Sequence record: SRR20825019_46 | Length of the DNA: 20,000 nt | Direction: 5' to 3' (one strand) | In this document: piece by piece, positions 16,913-20,000 of the stretch | Layout of the letters: every line of letters begins with the position of its first letter | Numbering within the stretch: the stretch's first letter is position 1 | Notes under the pieces: model-generated | Told to the model about the DNA's origin: nothing | What the model saw: the letters and a program-made list of their open reading frames with translations, nothing else | Databases searched by the model: none | Translations under genes and position numbers: made by a program

Positions 16913-19117
16913 ATGACAGAGGCTGCTATTGAAAAAGAGAACAAGGAGATTGCGAAGCAGTACAAGGAATTACTTCGCATAAGCTACCAAACATTGACGG
17001 ACGAGGACAAGAAGTTGATTCGTTCCGCCTTTGATGTGGCCGTTGACGCCCACAAGGACCAGCGAAGAAAATCCGGGGAAGCCTACATCTTCCACCCCAT
17101 TGCCGTGGCTAAGATCGTAGCTTCGGAAATAGGCCTGGATGCCGTTTCCATTTCCTCTGCCCTGCTGCACGATGTAGTTGAGGATACCGCCTATACATTG
17201 GCCGATATTGAGCGGATGTTCGGTGAGACGGTTGCCCGGATTGTGGATGGACTCACCAAAATTGCTCACCTTAAAAAGGACAAGGATATAAGTCAGCAAG
17301 CGGAAAACTTCCGTAAAATGCTGCTGACCCTGCATGATGACGTTCGGGTAATCATCATCAAGATAGCCGACCGTTACCACAATATGCTCACCATGGATTC
17401 CATGCCGGAGCACAAACAAGTGAAGATTGCGTCGGAAACCCTCTACATCTATGCGCCACTGGCCCATAGAATTGGGCTGTACAACATCAAAACCCATTTG
17501 GAGGACCTTTCCCTAAAGTATACGGAACCAGAGGTCTACAACGACATTTATGCCAAAATAGAGGACACCGAAGAAGAGAGCTTGGCCTATATCGAGGATT
17601 TTTCCAATGTGATCAGGACATCTTTGGATAAAGAGGGACTCAATTATTTTATCAAGGGCAGGATGAAGTCCATTTTCTCCATCCGTAAAAAGATGAAGAC
17701 ACAAAACGTCACCTTTGATGAAGTATATGACAAATTCGCAATCCGTATCATCTATAAATCGGACAAGAAAAACGAAAAGTTCCTTGCCTGGAAAATTTAC
17801 TCCATAGTTACCGATCACTTTACTCCCAACCCTATCCGTTTACGCGACTGGATTACCTCACCAAAATCTACGGGTTACGAAGCACTTCACATTACCGTTA
17901 TGGGCCCCAAGGGCAAATGGGTAGAAGTACAGATTCGAAGTGAGCGCATGCACGAGATTGCCGAAAAAGGATATGCCGCCCACTTTAAATACAAGCACGG
18001 AGCGCAAAAAGAGCAAGGTATCGAGGAGTGGCTGAACAAATTACAGGAAGCATTGGAAAGCGCCAATGGCAACGCGGTTGATTTTGTGGAGGAATTTAAG
18101 CTCAACCTTTACTCCAAAGAAATATTCGTATTCACTCCCAAAGGAGATTTAAAATCCATGCCGAAAGGGGCGACGGCTTTGGATTTCGCTTTCAATATCC
18201 ATACGGAAATTGGGATGAAGACCCGTGGTGCCAAGGTCAATGGAAAATTGGTTCCGCTGGGAACAAAACTAAGAAGTGGCGATCAGGTTGAGATCATCAC
18301 CTCCGAAAGTGCCAAACCTACACAAACATGGTTGGACTATGCCGAAACGGCCCGCGCACGTTCCAAAATCAAATCATCGCTAAGCGAGGAGAAAAAAGAA
18401 GTCGCCGAAGAAGGGAAGGAAATTCTACGCCGCAAACTCAAGGCACAGAAAATTAACCTGAACGAGGACACCGTGAACAAATTGGTGACCTTTTTCAAAC
18501 TAAAAACCAGTTTGGACCTTTTCTACCGGGTCGGCATAGGGGTCATTGACAACGACAAGTTGAAAGATTTCTCTTCGTCCTATCACAACGCATTTATCAA
18601 TTTCTTCAAAAACAGGATACGTAAAAGTCCTACCCCAAAAGATGTTGACAGAAATGAGATTACCACCAAATACGATCTGCTTGTTTTTGGTAAAGAGGAA
18701 GAAAGGCTCAACTATAAATTGTCACAATGCTGCAACCCCATACCTGGGGACGAGGTATTTGGCTTCGTAAGTGTAAACGATGGCATTAAAGTTCATAAAA
18801 AGAACTGTCCCAATGCTATTTCACTTCAGTCCAACTATGCCTACCGCATCATTAGTGCAAAATGGATAGATTCATCTCAAGAAGAATTTTCCGTCGACAT
18901 CCAAATCACGGGCATCGACAACATGGGTCTGGTAAAGGATATCACCAAAATTATTTCGGAAAATATGCACGTAAATATGAGGAACCTCAATTTTAGTGCA
19001 GATGGCGGAACCTTCAAGGGAAAAATTACGCTCGTGGTAAAAAACAATAATATCCTACAACGGCTGATGAACAATTTAAAGCAGGTCGAAGGTATAGATA
19101 AAGTGACCAGAATTTAA
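16913..19117 (+). CDS. rel: Long RelA/SpoT homologue, bifunctional (p)ppGpp synthetase/hydrolase
   Basis: Intact HD domain (AH..QRRKSGEAYIFHP, LLHDVVED), synthetase domain (GR.KS..SI..KM, GYEALH, EVQIR), TGS domain (FTPKG, DFAF.IH), zinc-finger CCNPIPGD and a C-terminal ACT domain. Confidence 0.97.
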   Translation: MTEAAIEKENKEIAKQYKELLRISYQTLTDEDKKLIRSAFDVAVDAHKDQRRKSGEAYIFHPIAVAKIVASEIGLDAVSISSALLHDVVEDTAYTLADIERMFGETVARIVDGLTKIAHLKKDKDISQQAENFRKMLLTLHDDVRVIIIKIADRYHNMLTMDSMPEHKQVKIASETLYIYAPLAHRIGLYNIKTHLEDLSLKYTEPEVYNDIYAKIEDTEEESLAYIEDFSNVIRTSLDKEGLNYFIKGRMKSIFSIRKKMKTQNVTFDEVYDKFAIRIIYKSDKKNEKFLAWKIYSIVTDHFTPNPIRLRDWITSPKSTGYEALHITVMGPKGKWVEVQIRSERMHEIAEKGYAAHFKYKHGAQKEQGIEEWLNKLQEALESANGNAVDFVEEFKLNLYSKEIFVFTPKGDLKSMPKGATALDFAFNIHTEIGMKTRGAKVNGKLVPLGTKLRSGDQVEIITSESAKPTQTWLDYAETARARSKIKSSLSEEKKEVAEEGKEILRRKLKAQKINLNEDTVNKLVTFFKLKTSLDLFYRVGIGVIDNDKLKDFSSSYHNAFINFFKNRIRKSPTPKDVDRNEITTKYDLLVFGKEEERLNYKLSQCCNPIPGDEVFGFVSVNDGIKVHKKNCPNAISLQSNYAYRIISAKWIDSSQEEFSVDIQITGIDNMGLVKDITKIISENMHVNMRNLNFSADGGTFKGKITLVVKNNNILQRLMNNLKQVEGIDKVTRI

Positions 19118-19127
19118 ATTTTAACTG

Positions 19128-19135
19128 TACCTTTG
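19128..19135 (+). promoter_or_regulatory. -7 promoter element (TACCTTTG) for fur-purA
   Basis: Matches TAnnTTTG in the rel-fur gap, 23 nt before the ATG at 19159. Confidence 0.65.
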
Positions 19136-19158
19136 TGCATTAGCATAGGTAGAAAGCC

Positions 19159-19614
19159 ATGGGAAATAATAAAAATCAGGAAATTGTAAAAAACGTGTTC
19201 ACGGCCTTTCTTGAGGAAAAAGGACACCGCAAAACACCTGAACGCTACGCCATTTTACAGGAAATTTATGAAAGTGACGATCATTTTGACGTAGAATCCC
19301 TTTACATTAAAATGAAAACCAAGAATTATAGGGTGAGTCGTGCAACGCTTTACAATACCATCGAACTTTTATTGGAATGTAAATTGGTCAGAAAGCACCA
19401 ATTCGGAAAAAATCAGGCACAGTACGAGAAATCCTATTTTGACCGTCAGCACGACCATGTGATACTGACCGATACCGGAGAGGTGGTAGAATTTTGTGAC
19501 CCACGCATTCAATCCATCAAAAAAACCATTGAGGAGGTCTTTGACATAAAAATCAGTAACCACTCATTATACTTCTACGGAACCCGAAACAAAGAAAAAA
19601 ACCTAACTGAATAA
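19159..19614 (+). CDS. Fur-family transcriptional regulator
   Basis: [29 protein letters not shown] (winged HTH), QHDH, GEVVEF and HSLYFYG. Confidence 0.95.
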   Translation: MGNNKNQEIVKNVFTAFLEEKGHRKTPERYAILQEIYESDDHFDVESLYIKMKTKNYRVSRATLYNTIELLLECKLVRKHQFGKNQAQYEKSYFDRQHDHVILTDTGEVVEFCDPRIQSIKKTIEEVFDIKISNHSLYFYGTRNKEKNLTE

Positions 19615-19626
19615 CCCACATATTAC

Positions 19627-20000
19627 ATGGTAGATTTATTGCTTGGACTCCAATGGGGAGACGAAGGAAAAGGAAAAATTGTTGATGTACTGACCAAGGA
19701 ATACGATATTATCGCCAGATTTCAAGGAGGTCCAAATGCAGGGCACACTTTGGAATTTGATGGTATAAAACACGTTTTGCACACCATTCCCTCCGGAATA
19801 TTTCACAAAAATGCCATCAATGTGGTAGGTAACGGAGTCGTAATCGACCCCGTAATATTTAAAAAGGAGCTCGATAACTTGGAGAAATTCAATATAGACA
19901 TCGAAACCAAGCTCTTTATTTCACGTAAAGCTCATTTGATTTTACCAACACACCGATTGTTAGATGCGGCTTCTGAGGCTTCCAAAGGAAAAGCAAAAAT
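19627..20000 (+). CDS. purA: Adenylosuccinate synthetase (5' part; runs off the right edge of the window)
   Basis: Manual translation from the ATG at 19627: MVDLLLGLQWGDEGKGKIVDVL...RFQGGPNAGHT...LHTIPSGIF...VGNGVVIDP, which includes the PurA GTP-binding signature. Not in the ORF track. Confidence 0.98.
   Translation, partial: MVDLLLGLQWGDEGKGKIVDVLTKEYDIIARFQGGPNAGHTLEFDGIKHVLHTIPSGIFHKNAINVVGNGVVIDPVIFKKELDNLEKFNIDIETKLFISRKAHLILPTHRLLDAASEASKGKAK

Noticed and set aside
7355..19563. Many 60-195 aa ORFs antisense to or nested in the main genes (e.g. 7355..7927, 9675..10262, 11799..12236, 16970..17497)
   Set aside because: They overlap well-supported genes and show no domain motifs, as expected from codon-bias shadows.
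1..20000. Mobile elements, prophage, defence systems, CRISPR arrays, tRNA or rRNA genes
   Set aside because: No integrase, transposase or nuclease-effector genes and no repeat-spacer arrays. All intergenic gaps are under about 130 nt and are explained by promoters or terminators.

Overview
A core chromosomal region of a Bacteroidota bacterium, most likely a Flavobacteriaceae member (inferred from gldI, TAnnTTTG -7 promoter motifs, no obvious Shine-Dalgarno sites and the gene order). Genes in order: mutL (5' part, missing from the ORF track), a small tail-anchored membrane protein, ribH, a TPR membrane protein, then recF, a lipoprotein, dciA-like DUF721, ndk, a PhoD-family lipoprotein, nrnA/DHH, gldI, a cyclophilin-FKBP PPIase, DUF3810, two exported amidohydrolase-fold genes, a DUF6503-like lipoprotein, a TrmH methyltransferase, an M48 peptidase, rel, a Fur-family regulator and purA (5' part, missing from the ORF track). 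I see no mobile element, CRISPR array or RNA gene. The best candidate for an undescribed system is the amidohydrolase operon (9651-13905), which encodes three homologous barrels of which only one keeps its metal ligands. Smaller findings include probable leaderless transcripts, an ECF-type promoter, a Fur homologue without CxxC motifs between rel and purA, a non-Tat PhoD, and a membrane protein translationally coupled to mutL. All family calls come from recognising motifs by eye; no database search was run.
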